Below, in pieces: positions 42,201-52,040 of a DNA stretch of 64,000 nucleotides. Source of the DNA: Alphaproteobacteria bacterium (GTDB lineage Bacteria; Pseudomonadota; Alphaproteobacteria; Rickettsiales; UBA1997); assembly GCA_014190355.1 (NCBI GenBank), contig BJGH01000004.1:64021-128020 (forward strand), written 5' to 3'. How positions within the stretch are numbered: position 1 is the first letter of the stretch; each line of letters begins with the position of its first letter. The notes below the pieces were generated by a model, which saw only the letters and a program-made list of their open reading frames with translations, ran no database searches and was not told where the DNA came from. A program made the translations under genes and the position numbers.

Positions 42201-42938
42201 ATGATTGAAGAAAAAAAAATAGATGGCACTAGAGTTGCCAAAGTCATATCACAATCCGGATTGTGTTCACGAAGAGAAGCTGAACAGTTGATTGTTGAAG
42301 GCAGAGTTACCGTTAATGGCGAAACTATTAACACCCCTGCAGTATTCATCACTGATCAGTCAATCAAAGTTGATGGCAAGCTTATCAATGCCAAACAAGA
42401 AACCAGACTATGGTTACTTTACAAGCCAGTTGGAACAATTACCTCAGCAAAAGATCCTAAAAATCGTAAAACAATTTTTAAGATTCTTCCCAAAAATATG
42501 CCAAGAGTTATTAGTGTTGGAAGACTTGATTTTAACACCGAAGGCTTAATTGTTTTAACCACTAATGGTGCATTAGCAAGTTTCATGGAAATGCCAAAAA
42601 ATAAATGGGTTCGCAAATATCGTGCGCGAGTTTTTGGGAGATTAGATCATGATCGTTTGAAAGCTTTAGAAAACGGTATTACAATTGAAGGAACCCACTA
42701 TGGCTCAGTTAAAGTTTCGGTTGATGTTGAAAAAGAATCAAATTCTTGGCTTACAATTTCTTTACAAGAAGGAAAAAATCGTGAAATTCGTAACATCATG
42801 GAGCATTTGGGCTTACAAGTTAATCGCTTAATTCGCGTTTCTTTTGGTCCTTTTGTACTAGGCAATATGCAGATTGGTGAGCTTCGCGAAATCAACAAAA
42901 AACAACTTGAGAGTTTTATTCCTGCAGAGATTTTGTAA
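42201..42938 (+). CDS. rluB: RsuA/RluB-family pseudouridine synthase with N-terminal S4 domain
   Basis: S4 motif 'RVAKVISQSGLCSRREAEQLIVEGRVTVNG' and catalytic 'VGRLDFNTEGLIVLTTNG'. Confidence 0.8.
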   Translation: MIEEKKIDGTRVAKVISQSGLCSRREAEQLIVEGRVTVNGETINTPAVFITDQSIKVDGKLINAKQETRLWLLYKPVGTITSAKDPKNRKTIFKILPKNMPRVISVGRLDFNTEGLIVLTTNGALASFMEMPKNKWVRKYRARVFGRLDHDRLKALENGITIEGTHYGSVKVSVDVEKESNSWLTISLQEGKNREIRNIMEHLGLQVNRLIRVSFGPFVLGNMQIGELREINKKQLESFIPAEIL

Positions 42939-42955
42939 GTTTAGTAAAATTATTT

Positions 42956-43648
42956 TTATTTTCTTTTGGAAATTCTTGGTTCAAGCAAATAGATTGGTGA
43001 AATCTTAGATATTGAATTTGTATTCGCAAAATTACGATATTTCTCTAAGCCAAGCAAACCTAAGCTGTAAGCATCATTTTGCAAAATCAAAAATTGGTTG
43101 GTAACTTTATCGCCAAAATTATTATAACTAATTTGCTGATCAAAAATTAAAAAATCTTGAGAGTTTTTTAATTGCTCCACTAGCTCTTCGACATTTATCA
43201 GACTTGGTTGATCAAGACATTTGATAGATTGATTTTCAAGACAATATCTTGCAAAAAAAACCTCGTTTCCGCAAGCATTAACAATAGTAGTTACTTTTAA
43301 TTGACTGTTATTGTTATTTTTTAAAAATAACTTGTTGTTATAAAAAAAAGTTAATATTTCACATTTATTAACAGTAATTACTGGTTTTTGACAAGAAATA
43401 TTAATCATTTTTGCCACACTCAATGCTACTCGGATTGCTGTGAAACTTGATGGACCATTTCCAACTACTACCAAATCTAAATCCTGATACCAAATATTAT
43501 TAGCCTTTAAAATTTCTTCAATTTTTACTACTAACATTTCGCTATGACTAAAACCATCGTTAATTTGAGATTGCTGAATCAATTGATTATCTCTTAACAA
43601 ACCAACGCAGAGATTTAAACTATTACATTCAAAAGCAAGAGTGAGCAT
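42956..43648 (-). CDS. tsaB: tRNA t6A biosynthesis protein TsaB (YeaZ-like)
   Basis: 'LTLAFECNS...', 'VVVGNGPSSFTAIRVALSVAKMI' corresponds to the GPGSFTG-R-(I/V) motif of TsaB. Confidence 0.7.
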   Translation of the reverse strand: MLTLAFECNSLNLCVGLLRDNQLIQQSQINDGFSHSEMLVVKIEEILKANNIWYQDLDLVVVGNGPSSFTAIRVALSVAKMINISCQKPVITVNKCEILTFFYNNKLFLKNNNNSQLKVTTIVNACGNEVFFARYCLENQSIKCLDQPSLINVEELVEQLKNSQDFLIFDQQISYNNFGDKVTNQFLILQNDAYSLGLLGLEKYRNFANTNSISKISPIYLLEPRISKRK

Positions 43649-43655
43649 TAGCTAA

Positions 43656-44114
43656 TTAGTTTAAAATATTTTTTATTTCTGGAACATCTAAAGAAAAAGT
43701 TGGGATTTCAACTTCAAATTCATCATCATTTTCAAGATTCTTCATTTTGTAATATCCAGACATAATTCCAGAAGGACATCGCAAATGCACTCCGCTGGAG
43801 TATTGATAACTTTGATTCGCGAGAATTACTGGCTGCTCACCAACCACCCCTTCACCTTTTACTTCTTGCAATTCACCAAATTCATCAATAATTCTCCAAT
43901 ATCTTGAAATAAGCTTTAGAGAAAATTTGTTACGATTTTCAATTCTAACTTGATAGGCCCAAATAAAAATTTCTCCTAATGCAGTTCTTTTACCATCAAC
44001 ATATTCAGGCCAAACGCTGATTTCAATACCTTTGGTTAAAGATTGATAGGGTTTTTTATCAAAGACTAAGTCTTGTATTTCGTCCATTACTTCGATTTTA
44101 TATAATTGTGACAT
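43656..44114 (-). CDS. apaG: ApaG (DUF525) protein
   Basis: 'WAYQVRIENRNKFSLKLISRYWRIIDEFGELQEVKGEGVVGEQPVI...YQYSSG' is the ApaG fold signature. Confidence 0.85.
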   Translation of the reverse strand: MSQLYKIEVMDEIQDLVFDKKPYQSLTKGIEISVWPEYVDGKRTALGEIFIWAYQVRIENRNKFSLKLISRYWRIIDEFGELQEVKGEGVVGEQPVILANQSYQYSSGVHLRCPSGIMSGYYKMKNLENDDEFEVEIPTFSLDVPEIKNILN

Positions 44115-44154
44115 ATTTTTTTATTAAACTTAAAAAATATTTTTTTTTATTTTT

Positions 44155-45861
44155 CTACATTCGATCAGTTAAGTCAACAACTCTTATCAATTCTTTTAAA
44201 TCGGTAACTCCTTTAGAAACTTTTTCTAAACCATCATCAACCATTGTTAAAAAACCTTTTTTGACAGAATATTCAAGCATCTCTCTTCTGCTCGTTTCTC
44301 GCAAAATCATTTCATCAAGCTCATGATCAAATGGTAAAATTTCACAAATTACCACCCTTCCCTTATATCCTGATTGATTACATTTTTCACAGCCAACTGC
44401 TTTATGAATTGAAGTAAGATGAGCATATTTAGGTCCAAGTATTTTTTTTTCAAACTCATCTAACGGCATTTCTTTTTTGCAATTACCGCATAATTTTCGA
44501 GCTAAGCGTTGAGCAATTACTCCGATCATTGCTCCTGACATTAGATAAGGTGGAACTCCAATATTCATCAATCTTGGAATCGCTCCAAGGGCATCATTTG
44601 TATGAAGCGAACTGTAAACTTGGTGACCTGTCATTGCTGCTTGAATTGCAGTAATCGCTGTATCCTTATCACGAATCTCACCAACCAGAATTACATCTGG
44701 ATCTTGACGAAGTAAAGCTTTAATTCCCGAGGCAAAATCCATTCCAACATCTGCTCGAATATTTGACTGACGAATCAACGGTAAATGATACTCCACTGGA
44801 TCTTCAAGGGTCATAATATTTTTATCAATTGAATTGATATAATTTAGAACGGTATACAAAGTTGTGGTCTTACCAGAACCAGTTGGACCAGTAAGAATAA
44901 TTACTCCTTCAGGACGCTGAACAATTTTTTTCAAAATCTTAATATTGGTTTCTGAAAAACCAATTTTATCAATTGTTAAAATTGATTGTTTTTCATCAAG
45001 AATACGCATAACGATATTCTCGCCATTAATGGTTGGTTGAGTTGAAACACGAAAGTCAATTTTTCTTCCAATAATTTCTGAATTGATTCTCCCATCTTGT
45101 GGTTTTCTACTTTCTGCAATATTCATTCCAGACATAATCTTCATTCTCACGGCAATTGCTGACCAGTAATCTTTGTGAATACTACGAATCTGAGCCATTT
45201 TACCATCAATACGATAACGTATTCTTAAAAAAGATCCCTCTGGTTCAAAGTGCAAATCTGATGCACCACGATGCACTGCATCGGTTAAAATTGCATCGAC
45301 CAATCTTACCATTGGACTTTTATAATCCCCCTTTAATTGCTCTTCTTCACTTACATTTTTCTTTGTTCCAATTGATTCAATCTCTTTTAAAATCCCCTCA
45401 ATTGACATTTCATAATCATAATACTGATCTATTGCCTTCATGATATCAGCTTCAGGTATGTAAACAGGAATAATCTTAAATTCAATTGGAAAATATCTAC
45501 GAACTTGGTCAATTGAAACTATGTCAAAAACATCAGCCATTCCAATGGTGACAGATATTGCATTGTATGAAACGGCAATCAGTTTATTTCTAATAGCAAA
45601 CTCTTTTGGCAATTTTTTTACCAATTTAGCGTCAATAATTGATCCAGCTAAATCAAATTTTTTTATACCCGTTGATTCATTCAAAATTTCTCCAAGTGCT
45701 CCTTCTGATAAGAAGCCCATCTCAACCAGAATTGCTCCAATATTTTTTCCAGATCTATTTCTAGCTAATTCACGCTTAGCAATTTCTAATTGATCTTCAG
45801 AAATAACTTTTTTTTCAAGAAGTTTTTGTCCGATGTCATTTGCTGAAGAAACTTTTGTCAT
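44155..45861 (-). CDS. GspE/PilB-family secretion ATPase (T2SS / type IV pilus assembly type), orphan
   Basis: N-terminal GSPII_E_N-like domain, Walker A LTGPTGSGKTTT, Asp box TLEDPVE, Walker B VILVGEIRD, His box GHQVYSSLHTND and a tetracysteine motif (CGNC...CEKC). Confidence 0.88.
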   Translation of the reverse strand: MTKVSSANDIGQKLLEKKVISEDQLEIAKRELARNRSGKNIGAILVEMGFLSEGALGEILNESTGIKKFDLAGSIIDAKLVKKLPKEFAIRNKLIAVSYNAISVTIGMADVFDIVSIDQVRRYFPIEFKIIPVYIPEADIMKAIDQYYDYEMSIEGILKEIESIGTKKNVSEEEQLKGDYKSPMVRLVDAILTDAVHRGASDLHFEPEGSFLRIRYRIDGKMAQIRSIHKDYWSAIAVRMKIMSGMNIAESRKPQDGRINSEIIGRKIDFRVSTQPTINGENIVMRILDEKQSILTIDKIGFSETNIKILKKIVQRPEGVIILTGPTGSGKTTTLYTVLNYINSIDKNIMTLEDPVEYHLPLIRQSNIRADVGMDFASGIKALLRQDPDVILVGEIRDKDTAITAIQAAMTGHQVYSSLHTNDALGAIPRLMNIGVPPYLMSGAMIGVIAQRLARKLCGNCKKEMPLDEFEKKILGPKYAHLTSIHKAVGCEKCNQSGYKGRVVICEILPFDHELDEMILRETSRREMLEYSVKKGFLTMVDDGLEKVSKGVTDLKELIRVVDLTDRM

Positions 45862-46074
45862 GAATTAGTTTTAAATATTTATAATTTAAATTTATTTATT
45901 ATTAATTTTTTTTAACATCTTGTTGTGTTTATCGAATTATTTTTATCTTTTTTAAAGAGAGTTTTAAATTTGTTCAAGCATAAATTTTTTTTATGATCAT
46001 AATTGAAACGAAAAAAATTTAATTTTATAATTTTATTTTTTTAATTCGCTTAAACTTTTTTTTAAATAATCAAT

Positions 46075-47466
46075 ATGACTGTTGTTGTTCGATTTGCCCC
46101 TTCTCCTACTGGCTATCTTCACATTGGAGGAGCTAGGACCGCCTTGTTCAATTATCTTTTTGCCAAAAAACACCACGGTAAGTTTCTGCTTAGAATTGAA
46201 GATACTGATAAAGAACGATCAACTCAGCAAGCAATTGAAGCTATAAAATTAGGGTTAAAATGGCTGGAATTAGAACATGATGATCAGATAGTTTTGCAAT
46301 CACAAAATTCTAATAGACATATCCAAATTGCTCAGGAACTTTTAGCAAAAGGTCAAGCCTATCAATGCTTTACCTCAGCCCAAGAACTAGAAGAAATGCG
46401 TAATTTTGCTGAAAAAAAAGGGCAAGTTTTTCGTTTTCAAAGTCCTTGGCGTAGCAAAATTAATTCTCAATCATCAACCGTTAAACCAGTGATTCGCCTA
46501 AAATCTCCTCTTGAGGGGGAAACCGTTATCACTGATCTTGTCCAAGGAAAAATCACTGTAAAAAATAATGAACTTGATGATTTAGTTCTACTGAGAAGTG
46601 ATGATACCCCAACTTATATGTTAGCAGTTGTTGTGGATGATCATGATATGTCAATAACTCACATAATTCGCGGTGATGATCATTTAACTAATGCTTTTAA
46701 ACAAAAATTAATCTATCAAGCAATGTCCTGGCAGGTTCCTCAATTTGCTCATATTCCTTTAATTCACGGTGTCGATGGAGCAAAGCTTTCTAAGCGTCAT
46801 GGTGCAACTTCGGTTACTGATTATCAACTGATGGGTTATCTGCCTTGTGCAATGCGTAACTATCTTCTGCGCTTGGGTTGGTCTCACGGTGATGAAGAAA
46901 TTATCGGCGATCAAAAAGCCATCGAGTGGTTCAATCTTGAAAATATCGGCAGATCACCCTCGCGCTTTGATTTTGCAAAACTTAATCACCTTAATCACTA
47001 TTATTTAAAACAATTTGCTGATCAAAAAATTTTAGAATTACTTACAAATTTTTTAAAAAAACCAGCCAATCCCAATGAACAATTACGCTTTGTCAAAGCT
47101 ATCAAATTTTTAAAAGAAAAATTTAGCCTAATCACTGAAATTGCTGATTCTTTAACAATTTATTATGATAATTTTCAAAAAGAATTTGACGAAGAAAGTA
47201 AAATAATTCTTAACTCTAAAAAAAATTTATTAAATGAACTTCGTCAAATTTTTAAAATGATTGATGAATGGAATCATGATAATATTCATCTAGCCATTGA
47301 TCAGTTCGCAAAAAATAATTCTTTAAAAATTAAAGATTTCGCTCCAGCACTTCGCATTGCTCTAACTTATTCAAAAAGTTCGAGTGGGGGAATTTTTGAA
47401 ATAATTGAAATTCTTGGTCAACAAGAAGTTGAAAAAAGATTGCAAATAATTGAAACTTGCAATTGA
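46075..47466 (+). CDS. gltX: Glutamyl-tRNA synthetase
   Basis: VRFAPSPTGYLHIGGARTALFNY (HIGH) and KLSKRHG (KMSKS). Confidence 0.92.
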   Translation: MTVVVRFAPSPTGYLHIGGARTALFNYLFAKKHHGKFLLRIEDTDKERSTQQAIEAIKLGLKWLELEHDDQIVLQSQNSNRHIQIAQELLAKGQAYQCFTSAQELEEMRNFAEKKGQVFRFQSPWRSKINSQSSTVKPVIRLKSPLEGETVITDLVQGKITVKNNELDDLVLLRSDDTPTYMLAVVVDDHDMSITHIIRGDDHLTNAFKQKLIYQAMSWQVPQFAHIPLIHGVDGAKLSKRHGATSVTDYQLMGYLPCAMRNYLLRLGWSHGDEEIIGDQKAIEWFNLENIGRSPSRFDFAKLNHLNHYYLKQFADQKILELLTNFLKKPANPNEQLRFVKAIKFLKEKFSLITEIADSLTIYYDNFQKEFDEESKIILNSKKNLLNELRQIFKMIDEWNHDNIHLAIDQFAKNNSLKIKDFAPALRIALTYSKSSSGGIFEIIEILGQQEVEKRLQIIETCN

Positions 47467-47529
47467 AAAAATATTTATTAACATTGCTAGAATCATAGAT
47501 TAGCATCTAATTAAAAGTTTTGTAAAAAT

Positions 47530-48234
47530 ATGAACATAAAATATTCTATAAATCACAAAAAAATCTTTCTTAAAACTCAAAAAACTGCAGTATTTTCACT
47601 CATTTTTATATTACTGTCATTTCAAACTTTTATTGGCTCTAATCAAGCCCTTGGTGATGAACGCAAAGGAAGCTCATACTCCAAAAGTGATTTTTTCTTT
47701 GAACCAGCTCTCAGCTTAGAATACAACATTCCAGTTGTTTCGGGTGCAGGTGATAACAAAAAATTCACCAACAGCGAACATTTTTTTAAACAAGTCTATA
47801 ACCTAGAAAACATTGCAATTGGAACACATATTCGCCTTCACGAAAGTTTTGCTTTAAATGCTAATTGGGTGCAAACCAATATGGACTCAACATCTTTACA
47901 ACATCGTGAACCACTTGCCAAAGAAGCAATTTATAAAGTTGATCACTATAATTTTTCACTACAAACTTTTTTACCAATCATTCCAAGATTTTTTGAATTT
48001 TTTGGCGAAACTGGAGTTGCTCATATTCGCAGCGAACTAGCTTATACTACTTTAGGTAATCGCCTAATTCTTGAAAAATCAAATCAATCCCGAGCTTTTT
48101 ATGGCGTAGGTGCGCAAATCGCTCTAAATAATCTTACCTCGGTTCGAATCTCTGGTCAACGCTATGTTGGTAATTTTGGGCTAATTAGCTCAGATTATAC
48201 AACAGTTCGTTTGGGATTTCTAAGATTTTTTTAA
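47530..48234 (+). CDS. Putative outer-membrane beta-barrel protein
   Basis: Signal-like N-terminus, alternating hydrophobic beta-strand pattern, and a C-terminal aromatic end ...VRLGFLRFF. Confidence 0.5.
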   Translation: MNIKYSINHKKIFLKTQKTAVFSLIFILLSFQTFIGSNQALGDERKGSSYSKSDFFFEPALSLEYNIPVVSGAGDNKKFTNSEHFFKQVYNLENIAIGTHIRLHESFALNANWVQTNMDSTSLQHREPLAKEAIYKVDHYNFSLQTFLPIIPRFFEFFGETGVAHIRSELAYTTLGNRLILEKSNQSRAFYGVGAQIALNNLTSVRISGQRYVGNFGLISSDYTTVRLGFLRFF

Positions 48235-48293
48235 AAAAGTTTTTATTTTTTTGTTCATAGGAAAGCCTTCCGTAATTTTTTAAATTTTTATTT

Positions 48294-49451
48294 ATGCCTA
48301 AAAATTTTTTATTTACCTCTGAATCAGTTTCAGAAGGACATCCTGATAAAGTTTGCGATCAAATTTCTGATAGCCTAGTAGATGCTTATCTTGCCAAAGA
48401 TCCTTATTCTCGTTTGGCAATTGAAACTTTTGCCACTACTAACAGAGTCATTGTTGGCGGAGAAATTCGTGCTCCAGAAATCACTAAAGCAAAAGTTGAC
48501 GAAATTATTCGCAATGTCGTAAAAGATATTGGTTACGAACAACAAGGCTTTCACTGGCAAAATCTAGAAATCACTAACCTCATCCATGAACAATCAGCAG
48601 ATATTGCAATGGGGGTTGACTCTAACCAATCCAAAGATGAAGGTGCTGGCGATCAAGGAATTATGTTTGGTTATGCCTGCGATGAAACTGATCAACTCAT
48701 GCCTGCGCCAATTTATTACGCTCATCGTATTTTGCAAAACATTATGGATGCAGTTCGTTCAAATAAACTGCAAAATCTTGGTCCAGATGCTAAAAGTCAA
48801 GTTACTTTGTGGTATGAAAATGGCAAGCCTGTTAGATGCGAGACTGTCTTAGTTTCAATCCAGCATCGTGAAGGAATTTCTCAAAATCAAGTTCGCGAAA
48901 TGATTCGTCCTTTTGTCGAAAACTCTCTTCCTAAAGGTTGGATGTGTAAAGATGATAAATTTTTAGTTAACCCAACTGGCAAGTTTGTAATTGGTGGTCC
49001 TGATGGTGATGCTGGCTTAACAGGGCGAAAAATTATTGTTGATACCTATGGTGGAGCATCGCCTCATGGTGGTGGAGCATTTTCTGGTAAAGATCCAACT
49101 AAAGTTGATCGCTCAGCTGCGTATATGGCAAGATATTTGGCAAAAAATGTTGTTTCTGCTAAACTTGCGACGCGTTGCACAATTCAAATTTCCTATGCTA
49201 TTGGAGTTGCCAAACCTCTTTCGCTTTATGTCAATAATCACGGAACAGGTGTTGAAGGAGAAAAATTAGCAAAAATTATCAATGAAATTGTTGATCTTAC
49301 TCCGCGTGGAATTAGAACTCACCTTGGACTAAACAAACCAATCTACAAAAGAACTGCTACTTATGGTCATTTTGGCAGAGAAAGTGAAAAAGATGGTGGT
49401 TTTTCATGGGAAAAAACTGACCTTGCTGAAAAACTAAAAAATTTATTGTAA
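48294..49451 (+). CDS. metK: S-adenosylmethionine synthase
   Basis: [32 protein letters not shown] and [16 protein letters not shown] motifs. Confidence 0.95.
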   Translation: MPKNFLFTSESVSEGHPDKVCDQISDSLVDAYLAKDPYSRLAIETFATTNRVIVGGEIRAPEITKAKVDEIIRNVVKDIGYEQQGFHWQNLEITNLIHEQSADIAMGVDSNQSKDEGAGDQGIMFGYACDETDQLMPAPIYYAHRILQNIMDAVRSNKLQNLGPDAKSQVTLWYENGKPVRCETVLVSIQHREGISQNQVREMIRPFVENSLPKGWMCKDDKFLVNPTGKFVIGGPDGDAGLTGRKIIVDTYGGASPHGGGAFSGKDPTKVDRSAAYMARYLAKNVVSAKLATRCTIQISYAIGVAKPLSLYVNNHGTGVEGEKLAKIINEIVDLTPRGIRTHLGLNKPIYKRTATYGHFGRESEKDGGFSWEKTDLAEKLKNLL

Positions 49452-49558
49452 ATTGTTATTTATTATTTTTTATCAATAATTTTGTTTATTGATTAAGGAT
49501 AATTAAGATAAATTAACAATAATTTTTAAAAAAGTTTTACAAAATCAAATAAATAAAA

Positions 49559-49960
49559 ATGCTTAACAATATTTTATTGATAGCTTTAGGAAGTGCTTTG
49601 GGAGGAGTTTTGAGATTTTTAAATTATGAATTTTTTAATTTTCTTGCCAAAAATAATTCACTGATCTCTAACAAATTTCCCTTTGCTACTCTCAGCGTTA
49701 ATGTAATTGGTTCGTTATTGGCAGGAATTTTATATTTTTTTATTATTAAAAATTTTGAGAATTTTTCACCATTACTAAAAAACTTTTTAATGATCGGTTT
49801 TCTTGGAGGCTTTACTACCTTCTCAGCATTTAGTTTAGACTTTTTTCGGCTAATTCAAGCCAATCAAATTTCTTATGCAATTATTTATGCAATCTCAAGC
49901 GTGTTTATTTCATTAATTGCTGTTTTTTTGGGATTTTATTTAATGAAATTTTTTTCTTAA
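49559..49960 (+). CDS. crcB: Fluoride ion transporter CrcB
   Basis: 133-aa four-TM protein with 'GSALGGVLRF', 'ATLSVNVIGS' and 'GFLGGFTTFSAFS' motifs. Confidence 0.85.
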   Translation: MLNNILLIALGSALGGVLRFLNYEFFNFLAKNNSLISNKFPFATLSVNVIGSLLAGILYFFIIKNFENFSPLLKNFLMIGFLGGFTTFSAFSLDFFRLIQANQISYAIIYAISSVFISLIAVFLGFYLMKFFS

Positions 49961-50364
49961 TTTTTATTAGCTTTTTTCTTAAATTTTTTTGGGAATAGAT
50001 AACTTATCACCATAAAAGCTAGAGTTAAAATATTGATAGTGGTTGTGGTCAATAAAGCGATGATTACATTATCGCTAAGATTTTTTTCATAATTGAATTT
50101 TAAAGATAAAATTTCTTTAACATAATTCAAAAAACTAGTTACGATAAACAAAACCCAAAATGCAAAAAAAATTCTTAAATAAATATCTATTGAATTTGAT
50201 TTATTATCCAATTTTTTAGAATTAACTTCTTCCTTTTTTAACTCTAATTCATGATCCAGTGATTTTGATTCTAATTCAAGATCGCGAGAGGGTATTGTTT
50301 GCTTTGAAAAAATATCTTTTATTTCGCTAGTCATTGTCAATATTTTATTATTGAGCAATAACAT
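49957..50364 (-). CDS. Hypothetical two-TM membrane protein, candidate toxin partner of the upstream Panacea-domain gene
   Basis: Charged, coiled N-terminal half (ELELESKSLDHELELKKEE), two hydrophobic helices and a basic tail KKFKKKANKN. The ATG at 50364 overlaps the upstream gene by 17 nt; an alternative ATG lies at 50334. Confidence 0.45.
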   Translation of the reverse strand: MLLLNNKILTMTSEIKDIFSKQTIPSRDLELESKSLDHELELKKEEVNSKKLDNKSNSIDIYLRIFFAFWVLFIVTSFLNYVKEILSLKFNYEKNLSDNVIIALLTTTTINILTLAFMVISYLFPKKFKKKANKN

Positions 50365-50914
50365 CGCGATACTTCACAATAGCCTGGTTGGCTCTTTGAA
50401 GCATAAGATTTAAATCAATTTCATTATTTTCGCCTTGGATATAAGCTGATTTCCATGGGCTATTTTTGCCTTCGTGAGTGATTTTACTTAAAGTCCAACC
50501 ATCCATATTTCCATAAGATTTCCAAACTGCATTAACGGTATAAATTATCTCATCATCTTCTTTGGTAATAATAGGTTTGGTTATTTCGCCAACTCGTGGA
50601 TCAAAGTTAATTGCATAGCGATCAATCGTATTATTGCCAAAGCTTTTAAATTCATGATAGATTGAAGGAACTACTGGTCCATATTGCCAAGCTTCAATTT
50701 TTTCGGCAAATAATTTTTGATTATACACTGCATAATACCAAGCATAAGTAAAGTAAACGAGTTTGACTAATTTTAAAGGAGTGATGTCTTTAACTCCTTC
50801 TTTTTTGGCTCGCCATAAAAAATAATTGGCAATGTGAACGGGAAGAATATCGCTACGAGTTTCAATTTTATTATTTGGTGTTTCGGCTTGATTTTTGTGG
50901 CTGGATAATGTCAT
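50348..50914 (-). CDS. Panacea (DUF4065, SocA/GepA-like) domain protein, putative antitoxin
   Basis: 'IANYFLWRAKKEGVKDITPLKLVKLVYFTYAWYYAVYNQKLFAEKIEAWQYGPVVPSIYHEFKSFG' and '...LSKITHEGKNSPW' match the DUF4065 core as I recall it. Confidence 0.72.
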   Translation of the reverse strand: MTLSSHKNQAETPNNKIETRSDILPVHIANYFLWRAKKEGVKDITPLKLVKLVYFTYAWYYAVYNQKLFAEKIEAWQYGPVVPSIYHEFKSFGNNTIDRYAINFDPRVGEITKPIITKEDDEIIYTVNAVWKSYGNMDGWTLSKITHEGKNSPWKSAYIQGENNEIDLNLMLQRANQAIVKYRDVIAQ

Positions 50915-51131
50915 ATGAAAAAATTTATTATTAAAAACTTAATTGGTTAAAATTTAAAATTATTAAATTTTATATAAAATTTATTTTTAAATATTCGCTT
51001 CTTAAAAAACTAATGTCAAATAAATTTTGTTAAAAATTATTTTTACAAATTTTTAAAATAGCACTTGAGGTCTTGACTTATCACATCAAAATCGATAAAA
51101 TAACTTTAGTCTTTAAATATTTTATAATAAA

Positions 51132-52040
51132 ATGCCCTTAATTCAAATTAATCAAGATTTTGAAAATTATCGCCTTGATAAATTACTTTGCGAAAAATTC
51201 GATATTTCTTTTGCCTTAGCACAAAAATTAATCCGCGAAAAAAAAGTCAAGGTCAATGGCTTTAAGCCTGATTATTCGCAAAGAGTTACGGCAGGTGATC
51301 AAATTGAAATCTTTAGCAATCTAGCTGTTCGTCATCATCACCAAGATAAAAAACCACTTGTCTCAGCAAATAAAATTGAACAATTTAGTAAAAAAATTTT
51401 TAACGATCCGCTTTTTGAAGATGAAAATTTAATAGCCATTGATAAGCCTTCAGGTATTGCCTGTCAAGGTGGAACTGGCATTGAAATTTGTATTGACGAT
51501 GTTTTAAAAACTAAAAAATTTCAACTGCTTCATCGCCTTGATAAAGATACGAGTGGTGTGCTATTGATTGCTAAAAATAATACAACTGCTGAAAAAATCA
51601 CCGAATCATTTCGTAATAAAACCATTGAAAAAACCTATCTTGCTTTGACTTACGGAGTATTTAAAAAAGAAACTGGAACTATCAATATCCCTTTGTTAAA
51701 AAAAAATTTTGGTAAAAATGATAAAATCATGCCTGATTTCAATGACGGTAAGCCAGCAATAACCAATTACCAAGTTTTAAAAACTTTTGAAGATTTTACT
51801 CTTATTAAATTAATGCCAATTACTGGCAGAACTCATCAACTGCGAGTTCATTGCAAAGAAATTGGCTATCCGATCATCAATGATGTTAAATATGGAGGAA
51901 TTAAAGTAATGCGTAAAGAATTATCTTCTAGACTCTGTCTTCATTCTTACCAAATCAAAATCAATGATTATTCACAACCTTTAATTATTACCACTAAACT
52001 TCCTGATTTTCTAACAAAATTTAATAAATTTATTCGATGA
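51132..52040 (+). CDS. RluA-family pseudouridine synthase (RluC/RluD-like) with S4 domain
   Basis: S4-like N-terminus, catalytic 'HRLDKDTSGVLLIAK', and 'GRTHQLRVH'. Confidence 0.85.
   Translation: MPLIQINQDFENYRLDKLLCEKFDISFALAQKLIREKKVKVNGFKPDYSQRVTAGDQIEIFSNLAVRHHHQDKKPLVSANKIEQFSKKIFNDPLFEDENLIAIDKPSGIACQGGTGIEICIDDVLKTKKFQLLHRLDKDTSGVLLIAKNNTTAEKITESFRNKTIEKTYLALTYGVFKKETGTINIPLLKKNFGKNDKIMPDFNDGKPAITNYQVLKTFEDFTLIKLMPITGRTHQLRVHCKEIGYPIINDVKYGGIKVMRKELSSRLCLHSYQIKINDYSQPLIITTKLPDFLTKFNKFIR

Noticed and set aside
45700-45861. MshEN-type c-di-GMP binding motif in the N-terminal domain of the GspE/PilB ATPase ('NIGAILVEMGFLSEGALGEIL')
   Set aside because: The hydrophobic spacing is similar, but the motif's leading Arg (RLG) is replaced by Asn and the terminal Gln is absent. 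This is not enough to claim c-di-GMP binding.
49452-49558. Fluoride riboswitch (crcB motif) upstream of crcB
   Set aside because: The 107-bp leader is almost pure A/T. It lacks the conserved GC-containing pseudoknot core of the crcB RNA motif.
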